64,000 nucleotides of DNA from the human T2T-CHM13v2.0 reference genome, Homo sapiens. The stretch is from assembly GCF_009914755.1 (NCBI RefSeq), contig NC_060943.1. The stretch is one strand, 5' to 3'. Positions 48,555 through 63,848 of the stretch are shown in pieces (positions within the stretch are counted from its first letter, which is position 1; the number at the start of each line of letters is the position of its first letter). The notes beneath the pieces were generated by a model. That model saw only the letters and a program-made list of their open reading frames with translations. It had not been told where the DNA came from and did not search any database. The position numbers and the translations under genes are program-made.

Positions 48555-48727
48555 CATTGATGAAGAGGCTATCCCTGTCCAGGACATAGAAGCCCAGTTG
48601 GGTGACACCATGGGTCAGCTGACTCAGCTCCCAGTAAAGCTGCTGTATGTCCAGCCCGGGGCCCACAGGGTCAGGGTGGTAGGTGCAGGTGGTGTCCACA
48701 CCAGTGGCTGCCCCATCCTTCTCAGGC
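48555..48727 (-). CDS. MUC16: MUC16 SEA module, exon C (173 nt)
   Basis: PEKDGAATGVDTTCTYHPDPVGPGLDIQQLYWELSQLTHGVTQLGFYVLDRDSLFIN. Confidence 0.97.
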
Positions 48728-48875
48728 CTGGGGAGAGAGGCATTTGAGGACTCTAGAGAGGTCCCGAGACCTCTGCAGGTAAAGAGCAGTGGAGGGAGGA
48801 GCAGGGGAAAGCTGAGGAAGGGGTGGTCACAAAAGGGGTGGTTGTTACTGGCAAATGGCCAGGAAGTGGTCTCAC

Positions 48876-48943
48876 CTGAGGGAGATCAGTTGGCAACCCA
48901 AGTAGAAGGGGCCCATGCTGCTCTTCTGGAACAAGGGTCTGAG
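48876..48943 (-). CDS. MUC16: MUC16 SEA module, exon B (68 nt)
   Basis: LRPLFQKSSMGPFYLGCQLISL(R); tctcaag| and |gtgaga. Confidence 0.96.
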
Positions 48944-49033
48944 CTTGAGAGGAAGGAGGAAGAGGGTAAGCCGAGGAACAGAGGTTGGGGGTAGGATTTA
49001 TCCCACCAGGAGCTGCTGGGACCAGGGTCTCAC

Positions 49034-49155
49034 CAGGTGCTGAAGGACCCCCTCGGTGGAGTTGAATGTAGCTGAGCCCTTGCCCATATCTGGTGAATAC
49101 TGGAGATTGGAGATGGTGAAGTTGAGTGTGAGGGTCTTCAGGTGGTACCCCATGG
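49034..49155 (-). CDS. MUC16: MUC16 SEA module, exon A (122 nt)
   Basis: (A)MGYHLKTLTLNFTISNLQYSPDMGKGSATFNSTEGVLQHL. Confidence 0.96.
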
Positions 49156-49934
49156 CTGCAGGAGGGGAGGAGAGACGTCTGCAACTGAGGGCTGGTCTGA
49201 GACTAGATCAGACTGCGCTCATTATTAACTAGTGTGGCCATCCAAGTCAGAAGCTATGTGTCTTCTCCCCTCCAAGTAACACCAATTCTCTTTACTGAAT
49301 ATTCATCACATATATCCTCTCTCTCCTCCCCTATCCCAGTTCAGGTCTTATTTTCTCTCACCCTGATTAGCACCTGGCAGACTCACTGGATGCCCTGTCT
49401 AAAGGACATTCTCTATACTGAACACAAGAAGAATCTTTCTGAAATGACAATCTCACTATGGCTGCCCCTGCTCTAGTACCATCCACAGCTCCCTATGGCC
49501 TTCAGTGTTAAGTTCAAATTTCTTGACTTGGCATTCAAGGCCCTTCCCAATCTGGCTCCTGCTGACCTTTCAGTCTCACTTATCCATCCACTCTGGGTTA
49601 AGCTTTATGTTTCATGCAAACCAAATTTCTCTCACTTCTCCCTATACTCTATGCTGTTTCTGGCCACTGAGGCTTTGCTCACAGATTCCCCTCTTTCAGT
49701 TATACTATTCATGCCCTATTTGCCTGAATCACTCTTAGTCATCCTTAAAGACTCAGTTCAGGTGAAACTTTCTCCAGAAAGCCCTCCTCCTTCCCAACTA
49801 TGCCAGGTATCTCACCCCAAAACATCTGACATTATGATGGTCTATTTATTTCATAAAATCTGGGACTCCACGAGGGCAGGTGTCTGATTGAAATGCTATT
49901 CTAATCTTCGAGGAGGAAAAATGGCCCCAAATAC

Positions 49935-49985
49935 CTGTTGTGGCTTCTGACAGAGGAGGCAGGAATGTGGTGGCTGGCTTGGGAG
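49935..49985 (-). CDS. MUC16: MUC16 Pro/Thr linker exon (51 nt)
   Basis: (T)PKPATTFLPPLSEATT; ttccacag| and |gtattt. Confidence 0.93.
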
Positions 49986-50124
49986 CTGTGGAAGGAACAG
50001 TCCATCAGAGAGGACAAAAGCCCACCACCTAGTGGGAGAAGCTCCCCTGGGCTTCATCAGTGGTCCAAGCCAGGACAACCATTCACAGGTGGGCCATAAA
50101 TGAGACTGAGGGAAGGAGTGATTG

Positions 50125-51110
50125 TGTGAGTGGAGGAGTGAGCAAGATGGATGGATGGATGGATGGATAAAAGGACAGGTGGAAGGAAGGACAAGCAGGT
50201 GAATGGGCAAGAGGATGAGTGGGTGGATGGGCAGATGGATGAATGGATGGAAGGACAGAAGGAAGGAAAGACAAGCAGATGAATAGGCAGGAGGATGGAT
50301 GGAGAGATGGAGGGATGGTTGGAAGGACAGAAGGAAGGACAAACAGGTGAATGGGGAAAAGGATAGATGGATGGATGATGGATGGATGGATGGTTGGAAG
50401 GACAGAAAGAAGGACAAACAGGTGAATGGGGAGAAGGATAGATGGATGGATGGATGGGTGGATGGATGGATAAAAGGACAGATGGAAGGAAGGACAATTG
50501 AGTGAATGGGGAGGAGAATGGGGGGAGAGATGGCTGGCTGGATAGATGGATGGATGGAAAGACAGAAATAAGGAAACAGGTGAATGAAGAGGAGAATGAA
50601 TGGAGAGATGGGTGGATGGTTGGAAGGACAGAAGGAAAGACAAACCAGTGAATAGGGAGAAGGATGGATGGATGGATGGTGGATGGATGGAGAGATGGAT
50701 AAAAGACAGATAGAAGGAAGGACAAGCAGGTGAATGGGCAGGAAGATGGGTGGATGGATGGATGGAAGGACAGAAGGAAGGAGGGGCTAGCGAGTGAGTG
50801 GGCAGAAGGATGGGTGGGTGGTGGATGAGTGGATGGGTGGATGGATGGATGGATGGATGGATGGATGGATGTATAGAAGGACAGAAGAAAGGAGGGACAA
50901 GCAGGTGAATGGGCAGGAGGATGGGTGATGGATGAATAGATGGATAAAAGGACAGATGGAAGGAAGGACGAGGAGGTAAATGGTCAGGAAAATGGGGTGG
51001 ATGGATGGATGGGTAAATGGATGGACGGATGGATGGATGGAAGGACAGGTGGTGTCTGAGAGATGACTGGAAGGATAGAAAAATGGATGGCTGGAAAGAT
51101 AGACGAGTGG
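50125..51110. repeat. Complex (GGAT)n/(GGAA)n repeat with a higher-order unit of about 60-75 bp
   Basis: Recurring ggaaggacagaaggaaggacaagcaggtgaatggg..aggatggatgg. Confidence 0.9.
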
Positions 51111-51515
51111 ATCACTGGATGAGGCAATGGGCAAATTTAGCCAAAACCAGTAGCCCGCAGAGTCTGCAGCTTGACCATGAAGCCTCTGCTGGGGCACTTG
51201 GAGGAGATTTTCTTATCAGGAGGTACAGACTAACAAGGTCATCATCTGACCTCAACCTCTATCCCTGTAGGGAATGCTTGTTCAAACTTCTTCCTCCAAC
51301 CCAGAGGGACATGGAAAATTCACAAAGCCAAGACTATGGCTGCAGGTCTAAAAACAGGCCAAGGACTCAGCATTCTTCCTCCCACTGAGACAATGCCCCT
51401 CACCACCTCACGGGACCAGCCCGAATTTGGGGCAACCTTCCTTCATGAATGAGGAGAAAAGCTTGAACCAAGACCCATGGAGATTGAAATGGGCACTAGA
51501 TTCAAAGACACGTAC

Positions 51516-51551
51516 TTGTAGGAGGCTCATCTGGACCAGGTTCATTGTAAC
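51516..51551 (-). CDS. MUC16: MUC16 linker micro-exon (36 nt)
   Basis: (G)YNEPGPDEPPT; tgtttcaag| and |gtacgt. Confidence 0.92.
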
Positions 51552-52184
51552 CTTGAAACAAAGAAGTCACACGTAAGAGGAGGTGGTGGAACCGTCCCAG
51601 ATACTCCATGCCTTTGTCCATATGGGGCCCCTGCCTGGATGCCTTTCCCTTTGTGTATCTAGAGATTATGGATACATTTATGTATCATCTAATATTTGAC
51701 TTAAATGTGTTCACCACTAGAAAGAATTTCCTGATATTTCAATTAGCACTGACCCTTCCCTACTCACGTCTCCAGCATGCCTCCAATGAGAGGCTCTCAC
51801 TACCTTTGTGTTCACAAGTCTATCCTCCTATCCATCCATAACCCCCGCCTCCCCTTCCAGGCCTCCTCCAATCTATTCCTCCACCCAATGAATGTTTATT
51901 AAGGGCTTAGTATGTGCAAGGCTCCCTTTACATTTGGGGAATATAGGGTAGAACAAAACAGTCTCTGCCCCCCTGGAGATTACATTAGGACAGGATGCAC
52001 ATGTAACCTATCTCTGTTCCTGGGGCGAGGCACATTGTGGCCTGGTTAATAGTAGCTGCTTGGTAAATCTAAATGAAGGAACAAAATGAAGCACATAAGC
52101 TGTGCAGTTTACAAGGGGGAACAGCTCCCTGCAATAGCCAAGTTGAAGGGACTGGATGTTAACTGAGATCATCAAGACCCAACC

Positions 52185-53335
52185 CGCACCTGTGTGTTTA
52201 TCACAGCACTATTCACAATAGCAGAGATGTGGAATCAACCTATATGTCCATCAACAGATGAATCCATAAAGAAAGTGTGGTATATATGCACAATGGAACA
52301 CTATTCAGCCATAAAGAGAAATAAAACCATGCTGCTGAGGTTGCAGATAAAAAGGAGTGTTTATACACTGTTGGTGGGAGTGTAAATTAGTTCATCCACT
52401 GTAGAAAGCAGCAGGATGATTCCTCAAAGAGCTAAAAACAGAACTACCGTCTGACCCAGCAATCTCATCACTGCATATATGCCCAAAGGCATATAAATTT
52501 TTCTATCATAAAGACACCTGTTCACTGAAGCACTATTCACAATAGCAAAGACATGGAATCTACTTAAATGCCCATCAAGGATAGACTGGATAAAGAAAAT
52601 GAGGAACATATACACCATGGAATACTATGCAGCTATAAAAAAGAATGAGATCATGTCCGTTGCAGGAACATGGTTGGAGCTGGAGGTCATTATCCTTACC
52701 AAACTAATGCAGGAACAGAAAACCAAATACTGCCTCTTCTCACTTATAAGTGGGAGCTAAATGATGAGAACACATGGACACATAGAGGGGAACAACACAC
52801 ACTGGGGCCTACCTGAGGTTGGAGGGTGGCGGGTGGCGGGTGGCGGGTGGGAGGAGGGAGAGGATCAGAAAAAATAACTAATGGGTACTAGGCTTAATAC
52901 TTGGGTGGTGATGAAATAATCTGTACAACAAACCCCTGTGACATGAGTTTAACCATATAGAAAATCTGCACGTGTATGTCTGAACTTAAAAGTTAGAAAA
53001 AAAGAATGAATCCACGTCTTTTGCAGCAACATGGATGAAACTGAAGTTACCTTAAGTGAAACAAGTCAGACACAGACAGACAAATATCACATGTTCTCAA
53101 TCATAAGTGGGAGCTAAACCATGTGTAGACAAGAACTCAGAGAGGGGAATGATAGATAAAGGGGGCTTGGAAGGGTGAGGGGGTAGGAGCAAGGTGGATG
53201 ATGAGAAAGGACTAAATGGATACAATGTATGTTATTGGAGTGGTGGATACTCTGAAAGCTCTGACTTCACTACTGTGCCATCTATGCATGTAACAAAATT
53301 GCACTTGTACCCCATAACTGTATACATACAACGAT
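52185..53335 (+). mobile_element. L1 3' ends (L1PA/PB-type nested in L1MA-type)
   Basis: Two interleaved L1 3'UTRs, inner one about 52330-53002. Confidence 0.82.
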
Positions 53336-53723
53336 GATCATGAGGAGGATAGTAATAATAATAATAAAGAACATCAAGACCCAGACTAGCCAAAAACTCG
53401 CTGTGGGCATGGGCAAGTCCCTTCCCTTCTCTGTGCCTCAGTTTCCCTCTTTGCTAAAATAAGAGTAATGAAAGCCCAGGATGTCTCTCCACATCCCGGT
53501 ACCTACCTAAAGGTACCTCATATAAGTGATATGGGGTGCCCACCTCATGGGGTCATGATGATAAGCACTGTTCTTGGGTTGGCGGTGGAGGGGATGAAAG
53601 GCGAGCTATTTTGTCAATTCTCCACGGTCATGCTTTGCCTCTCAGAACCCCATTTAGGGGATACCTTCTTAAATGCTATCTTTTCCTGAGTTCTAGACCA
53701 ATGCTGAGGCCCAGTGTGCCTGA

Positions 53724-54112
<389 letters not shown>

Positions 54113-54454
54113 CGGAAATGTGTTTTTTGTCCCCCGAGTGCCCCCACCAGGAAGACTCTTCTGTGAGTTAAACATGTGGAGTGGATCATAGCACCGAATG
54201 CTGACAAGTGGAGTTCATATCCTGGTTCCACCACTGTCAAGGTAAATTGCTTAGCCTGTCTAAGCCTCAGTTTCTTCATCTGTAAAATGGGATTAATCAA
54301 AGTCCAACCTTGCATTGTGGTTATGGGAGGGCCAGTGGTAATGCCAAGACTTGAACCCCAAGTCTTTCCCTAGAGAACCGGGAAACAGACACCCTCCTGG
54401 ACTGCAGTGGGGGCTGGGGGGTGGGGCAGGGAGATGGGGCTGAGAGCTGCTCAC

Positions 54455-54627
54455 CGTTAAGGTAGAGGCTGTCTTTGTCCAGAGAGTAGGGGCCCAGCCG
54501 GGTGATGCCATGGGTCTGCTGGCTCAGCTCATGGAACACCTGCTTGATAGGCAGACCTGGGCCGCTGAGGGGCTGCAGGTAGGTGCAGAGGAGGTCCACC
54601 CGTGTCTCAGCACCGTTCTTCACAGAC
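54455..54627 (-). CDS. MUC16: MUC16 SEA module, exon C (173 nt)
   Basis: SVKNGAETRVDLLCTYLQPLSGPGLPIKQVFHELSQQTHGITRLGPYSLDKDSLYLN. Confidence 0.97.
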
Positions 54628-54867
54628 CTGAGGAGGGAGAGGTGCAGCTTTGGGGGATGAAGGCCACCTAGCACCTCTCCACTTGTGGTCACTGCACAAC
54701 TCACAGTCCATATTTTGGTCTCATTGACAGTTTGCACTTTCTCCACCTGACCTTATCTATCATCTCAGGATCTTTGCAATTGCTGTTACTTTTGTCTGGA
54801 AGCTTCTCCCCATTTCTCCTTACCTGGATAACTTCCTGGTCATCCTCCAGGTCTCAGCTTAGAGGAC

Positions 54868-54877
54868 TCCCTCCTCC

Positions 54878-54909
<32 letters not shown>

Positions 54910-54960
54910 CTCCTCTTCCTCCTCCTATCTTCCTCCTCCTCTTCCTCCTCCTATCTTCCT
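54868..54960. repeat. (CCT/CTT)n microsatellite
   Basis: Read directly from the sequence. Confidence 0.9.
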
Positions 54961-55179
54961 AGGCAAGGTCAGGAGCCTCCTCTGGGTCCCACAATCCTCC
55001 ACTCTTCCCCTGTCACTGCCCTGGTCACCCTCTATGTAATCATAAATTATTTGTTCCTGTTCCTACCAGAACATGGTCTCCACGAAGGAGGAAATGAACC
55101 AGTTTAGCTTACTCTTATTATATTGAAGCCCCAGAACCCAGCACCCCTTGACAACTCCCTGCAAAAATCAAAGTCCTAA

Positions 55180-55600
55180 TGAATGGAGAAACACAATACA
55201 GCATTTACATACAAGTGGAAAAGGAAGGGAATTCTGACACATGCTACAACATGGATGAACTTTGAGGACATTATGCTTGGTGAAATAAGCCAGCCATACA
55301 GTATAAACCAGGACATATACCATATGATTCCTCCATTCATAGGAGGTCCTCAGAATCATCAGATTCACAGAGACAGAAAGTAGAATGGTGGGTGCCAGAG
55401 GCTTGAGGAGGGGGATGAGGAATGAGTGTTTCATGGGGATGGAGTTTCAGTTTGGGAAGATGAGAAAGTTCTGGAGATGGATGATAGTGGTGATGGTTGC
55501 ACAATAATGTGAATGTGCTTGATGCCACTGAACGGGAAATATAGCTAAAATGGTCAATTTAATGTGATGTGTATGTTACCACAATATAGAAAAAAAAAAA
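55180..55600 (+). mobile_element. L1MB 3'UTR fragment
   Basis: acatgctacaacatggatgaactttgagg motif. Confidence 0.8.
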
Positions 55601-55604
55601 TCCA

Positions 55605-55881
55605 AGCCAGGTGCAGTGGCTCACACCTATAATCCCAGCACTTTGGGAGGCCGAGGCGGTCGGATCACCTGAGGTCGGGAGTTCGAGACCAGCCTGACCA
55701 ACATGGAGAAGCCCCATTTCTACTAAAAATACAAAATTAGCCAGGTGTGGTGGCACATGCCTGTAACCCCAGCTACTCGGGAGGCTGAGGCAGAGGAATC
55801 GTTTGAACCCAGGAGGCGGAGGTTGTGGTGAGCCGAGATCATGCCTGGGCAACAAGAACAAAGCTGTCTTAAAAAAAAAAA
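55605..55881 (+). mobile_element. Alu
   Basis: TSD aaaaaaaaatccaag. Confidence 0.92.
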
Positions 55882-56542
55882 ATCCAAGTCCTCCAAGGCC
55901 CTTCAAACTTGCTGATGTCTTGAGTCTCATCCTTTCTCTCTTTTCTTCTTGCTCTCTCTCTGCTCCAGCCACACTGGCCTCTTTGCTGTTCATAGAACAT
56001 GCCAAGCTCATTTGCACCTCAAGACCTTTTCTCATGCTGTTCTCCCTGCCTGGAACAGTTTTCATGGCCATTTGGGACACAGCCCAAGATTCATCCTGGG
56101 TAAAGTTGCTCTACCCATCACTTGCTATTTATTTATGTTTCATATCACTTTACTCCATTTGAAGCCATTTTACTTAGATATTTATGTTCCTGTTTAGCAT
56201 CTGTTCTTCTCCACTGGGTGAGGGCAGGGACAGCATCTGTCTTATCACTCTAGTACCCAGCACCTGCCTCAGAGGAGCGGTGCCATGGGCATCAGTTGAC
56301 TAAAAATATAAATGGAGAAGTAAATAGTAAATACCAAGAGAGTGCAAACTGACCCAAAGAAGTCAAGTTGGCAAGGATGCAAGAAAAGGAACTCTTATAC
56401 ATGGTTGGTGGGAATGGTAGAGGAGTGGTGTTATGGGCATGGGTTGAGTAAAAATATAAATGGAGAAGTATCTAGTAAATACCATGAGAGTGCAAACCAA
56501 CCCAGAAAACTCAAGTTGGCAAGGATGCACTGAAAGGAAACC

Positions 56543-56847
56543 TTTTTTTTTTTTTTTTTTTTTTGAGATGGAGTCTCGCTCTGTCACCTAGGTTGAAGTG
56601 TGCAGTGGTGCGATCTCGGCTCACTGCAAGCCCCGCCTTCAGGGTTCATGCCATTCTCCTGCCTCAGCCTCTCCAGTAGCTGGGACTACAGGCACCCGCC
56701 ACCACGCCCGGCTAATTTTTTGCATTTTTAGTAGAGACGGGGTTTCACCATGTTAGCCAGGGTGGTCTCGATCTCCTGACCTCATGATCCACCCACCTGG
56801 GCCTCGCAAAGTGCTGGGATTACAGGCATAAGCCACCATGCCCGGCC
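56543..56847 (-). mobile_element. AluY-like
   Basis: TSD aggaaac. Confidence 0.92.
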
Positions 56848-59271
<2,424 letters not shown>

Positions 59272-59382
59272 GGAAAGATAAAAAGATTTAAAAAAATATG
59301 TAGCCCACCCCAACCCAAGAGGGACCTCCCAGTCAGAACTCTAAGTTCTTGGTGGTGCGCTGTGGGTGGGGGAGTTTCTCAC

Positions 59383-59450
59383 CTTAGTGCGATGACCCTG
59401 CAGCCTGTGTACCGTGCACCCAGGCTGCTCCTCTGGAACAAAGGACTGAG
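59383..59450 (-). CDS. MUC16: MUC16 SEA module, exon B (68 nt)
   Basis: LSPLFQRSSLGARYTGCRVIAL(R). Confidence 0.96.
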
Positions 59451-59547
59451 CTGCAGAGGGAGAAGGGAGCCTGGGTTGGTCAGAGGCAGGCAGGCAACAG
59501 CCCTAGGATGGGCATGGCAGGGCTGCAGCGGGAGGCAGGCCTCTCAC

Positions 59548-59672
59548 CAGGTGCTTCATGACGTTGTCTGTGATGTTGAACTTGAGGGAGCCGGGTTGGC
59601 CCATGTCCGCCATGTAGCGCAGGTTGTTGATGGTGAAGTTCAGTGTGAATGGCTCCTCGCTGACCACCCCGG
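59548..59672 (-). CDS. MUC16: MUC16 SEA module, exon A (125 nt)
   Basis: GVVSEEPFTLNFTINNLRYMADMGQPGSLKFNITDNVMKHL. Confidence 0.96.
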
Positions 59673-60378
59673 CTAGGGCAGGGGGAAGAGAGAGAGAGAT
59701 GAAGCTCTTGGGGAGGATGATGGGTGGGTGGGGGGTGGTGTGGGACAGGGTGGGGGCAGTGTGTTCTAAGGACCCTGTGTCCGCCTCTTAATAAACCCAA
59801 CGGTGACTTTTAATGGAGACAACTCCAGCAGCCAGTAAGGGTGTGCTTAATGATTTGGGATGTCCAGATGGGGTCCTTCTACCCAAATGCAGGAAGGGAA
59901 GATTCTGTAAAAAGTACCAATGGTTCTGATCTTTCCCAGGGTAAAGGCTGCATATTACCACACTGATGCGGAAGTCATGACTCTAGACATTTTTAAAAAA
60001 TTTATTCTCTCTCTCTCTCTTCCTCTCTCCCCATCGATCCTTCTCTGCCTTTCTCCCATTTCTCTCTCTCTCCTGCACTCACAACCAGGTATGCTAATCT
60101 TCTATGCATTGGTTAACATGGCCAACAATCTTTGCAGCCATAACCAACCTCTCAGCACTTCAGTTTACTCATCTGTAAAATGAGATGACAATGGTTCACA
60201 ATGATGTTTCCTGCCTCAACCGTTGTTATGAAGCTTAAACAAGTTAATCATTGTAAATCATGTAAGCACTGCTGGGCACACAGGTCAATATGGTGTACAT
60301 GTTTATTATATAAAATATATCAGCAAATGCTTTCTAATCACTCCCTGTGTGTGGAACTTTATGAAAGTATGAGTTAAG

Positions 60379-60727
60379 GTTTTTTTTTTGTTTTGGTTTG
60401 GTTTTGTTTTTTGTTTTTGTTTTTTTGTTTTGTTTTTGTTTGAGACAGAGTCTCACTTTGTCGCCCAGGCTAGAGTGCAGTGGTGTGATCTTGGCTCACT
60501 GCAAGCTCTGCCTCCCAGGTTTTATGCCATTCTCCTGCCTCAGCCTCCTGAGTAGCTGGGACCACAGGCGTGCACCACCACACCTGACTAAATTTTTTTT
60601 GTATTTTTAGTAGAGACAGGGTTTCACCGTGTTAGCCAGGATGGTCTTGATCTCCTGACCTCATGATCCACCCGCCTCGGCCTCCCAAAGTGCTGGGATT
60701 ACAGGCGTGAACCACAGTGTCCAGCCA
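60379..60727 (-). mobile_element. AluY-like
   Basis: TSD taaggttt. Confidence 0.92.
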
Positions 60728-60764
60728 AGCTAAGGTTTAAGACAAATCTCTAGAAGAAAAATTT

Positions 60765-61400
60765 ACTTCTCCTTCTCTCCCTGCCTTTCTTCTTTTCACC
60801 ACTCTTGAACTTCCTTCTGTTCATTCTTCCTTCTCTCTTTCCATCCTTTCTTCTTCCCTTCCATCTTTCATTCTATTAATGCATCCTTTCTTTCTTGCTG
60901 GCTTCCTTCCTTTCATTGTACCTTCTAACATCTGTCTATCCTTCCTCTTCCTTCTCTCACTTCTTTCCTTCCTTTCACCCATCCATCCATTTATCCATCC
61001 ATCCATCCATCCATCCATTCACTTATCCATCCATCTATCCATCCATCCACCTACCCACCCATCTGTCCATCCATCCATCCATCCACCTACCCATTTATCC
61101 ATCCATCCATCTATCCACCCACCCATCTGTTCATCCATCTGTCCATCCATCCATTCATCCCTTCACCCACTCACCCACTGATCCATTCATCCATCCATCA
61201 TCAATCTTTCCTTTCTTACACCTCTCTTTTCTTCCTTCCATCTACTTATCCATCTTTCCTCCTCCTTTTTTTCTTTCATCCATTTTTTTCTTTCTTCAAT
61301 CCACTCATCCATCCTCTCTCCCTTCCTCCTTCCATTTATCACTTCTTCTTTCCATCTGTCACTTCTTCCTTCCATCTATCCACCTTGCCTTCCTTCCATA
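60765..61400. repeat. (TCCA)n and CT-rich simple repeats
   Basis: Read directly from the sequence. Confidence 0.9.
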
Positions 61401-61867
61401 TATACAGTATTGGTCCTACACCGCTCCAGGAATATTGGAAGGGGAGCAGGGGGGCGGGGTACAGAAATACTCTGGCCCTTCCATAGCCCCGCCCACCATT
61501 GTCCCACCAATGCCTCCTATTGGCTGAACCTAACAGGAAGCTAGTTAGCATGGGAGCCTGGGAAATGTAGTTTTCATGAGTCAGACGTCTATCCCACAGA
61601 GCACGGGAAGGTTGGAGGAGGTTGGAGAATGGATCCGAGGACAAAAACAAAACAAAACAAAACAAAAACCCACATGTGGTATAATAGAGAAAGCCCATAA
61701 GAAGTCACATTCCTATAAAAGAGAAGCAGACAACAGAATATAAACAAATGAGTTCAAAAAAGTGGGAGAAGTATTGTGAAGGATTAACAGAAAAAAAAAA
61801 CCCCAGGATCTCATTTGGAAGTAGGAGTGAGACAAATTCGTATAAGAAATTGACTTTTCCTTCACAG

Positions 61868-62172
61868 TCAGTAGAGTAAACAGACAACCCACAGAGTGGG
61901 AGAAAATCTTCACAATCTATATATCCAACAAAGGACTAATATCTAGAATCTACAACGAACTCAAACAAATTGGCAAGAAAAAAACAATCCCATCAAAAAG
62001 TGGGCTAAGGACATAAATAGATAGTTGTTGAAAGAATATATACAAATGGCTAATGAACATATGAAAAAAATGTTCAACATCACTAATGACCAGGGAAATC
62101 AAAACCATAAGGTGATACCACCTTACTTCTGCAAGAATTGCCACAATCAAAACATCAAAAAATAACAGATGT
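61868..62172 (+). mobile_element. L1 ORF2 3' fragment
   Basis: gagtaaacagacaacccacagagtgggagaaaatc motif. Confidence 0.85.
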
Positions 62173-62179
62173 GTGACTC

Positions 62180-63848
62180 TGGGGGCCAAGATGGTCGACT
62201 ATAAGCAGCAGCGCTCAGAGGCTCACATTGAAAAAAACTGTAATAAGTGTGTGATCCTTCCTGGCAACCAAAATGTCCAGGTTCCCTCATCAAAATTGAC
62301 TAGAAGGCTGGCAGTGACCCACGGAGAGAAGGAAGAGCAGTGTGGTGTGGTGGCCCACCTGAGAGACACACGGGGAAGGGGAACCCCCTCCTTCCAGCCA
62401 AGGGAGGTGGTGAGTGAGCGGGCTACCCAAGAGGGGGAAACTGTGCTTTTTCCACGGAACTGTGCAACTCACAGATTGGAAGATCTCACTCGCGAACCCA
62501 TGCCACTGGGACCTAGTGTCCCAACCCCAGAACACGCAGATTCTTACAGCTGGAATCTGCCTAAGCCTACGGAACTCCCCGGGGGAGGGGCGACCAGCAC
62601 TGGCTGCGGCTGCCTGCTAAGTCTTTTTTGTTCCTTGGGGAAGGGGCGACAGCCAGCACTGGACTCACAACTGCCTAACACGCTAAGCTCCCTGGGCGGG
62701 GGAAGGGCGGCACCCCTTTCAATAGCTCCAGGCTGTGCTTTTCCCCTGCTAGAGCCGGGTAGGCTGGACGGCTTGGTCCCAAGACTTGTCCCCACAGCCC
62801 AACACACCGGCTGTGGCAGTCTGCAGCCAGAGTGCCTCTTCAGGGCTAACCCTGACCCATCCTTCCTCAGTGGGCAGAGCTTCCTTGCAGGATCTCCAAA
62901 GACTCCAGCCAGAGGCTCAGAGACAGAATTTGGACTCCCTGGGCTTGGGCCCCTAGTGGGAGGGATGGCTGTAGTCTCTGTGGACCAGCAGACTTAGCCT
63001 CTCCTCTGGTAGTTCTGAGGAATCCAAGCAGCCCAGACATGTGGTTTCCCCCCAGTGAAGAACCCCCTCTCCACCAGGGGACAAAGTGCTTCATTAAATG
63101 GGTCCTGCTCTCCATGCCAGTCAACTGGGCGAAACCCTCCAACAATAGTTGTCAGACACCCTACACAGGAGCGATCCTACTGGCATCAGGTTGGTGTCCC
63201 TCGAGGTCAGAGGTCCCAGAAGAAGCAGGCACCTATGTTCGCTGCTCTCCAAGCCTCCTTGAGTGACACCTCCAGACATGGGAGCGAATCAGATGAATAG
63301 GGCCTGAAGTGAACCCCTAGCAAACTGCAGCAGCCCTACAGAAGAGGGACCTGACTATTGAAAGAAAAACAAGCAGAAAGTGACAATAACATCATCATCA
63401 TCAACAACAACAACCAAAAGACCCCCATAAAAACCCCATCCAAGGATCAGCAGCCTCAAAGCCTGAAACTAAAACTCCTGAAGATGGGAAATAATCAACA
63501 AAAAAATGCTGAAAACCCAAAAGGCCAGAGTGCCTCTTTTCCTCCAAATGACCGCAACATCTCTCCATTAAGGGTGCAGAACTGGATGGAGGATCAGATG
63601 GATGAATTGACAGAAGTAGGCTTCAGAAGATGGGCAATAAAAAAGTACGATGAGCTAAAGGAGCATGTTCTAATGCAATGCAAAGCTAAGCACCTTGATG
63701 AAAGGTTAAAGGAATTGCTAACTAGAATAACCAGTTTAGAGAGGAACATAAACCAACCGATGGAGCTGAAAAACACAGCACAAAAACTTCGTGAAGCATA
63801 CATAAGTATCAACAGCCAAATCGACCAAGTGGAAGAAAGGATATCAGC
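62180..63848 (+). mobile_element. L1PA (L1PA8-like) 5'UTR and N-terminal ORF1 (ATG 63484), 3'-truncated
   Basis: gggggccaagatgg YY1-type 5' terminus; MGNNQQKNAENPKGQSASFPPNDRN...ELTEVGFRRW...ITSLERNINQPMELKN is the L1 ORF1p coiled-coil region. Confidence 0.88.

Noticed and set aside
49896-51197. His/Pro/Ser/Ile-rich ORFs (also 60879-61527) as mucin-like exons
   Set aside because: Translations of (CCAT)n repeats; the MUC16 frame closes without them
62173-62997. 274-aa ORF
   Set aside because: Lies in an L1 5'UTR, no domain similarity evident, most likely a chance open frame
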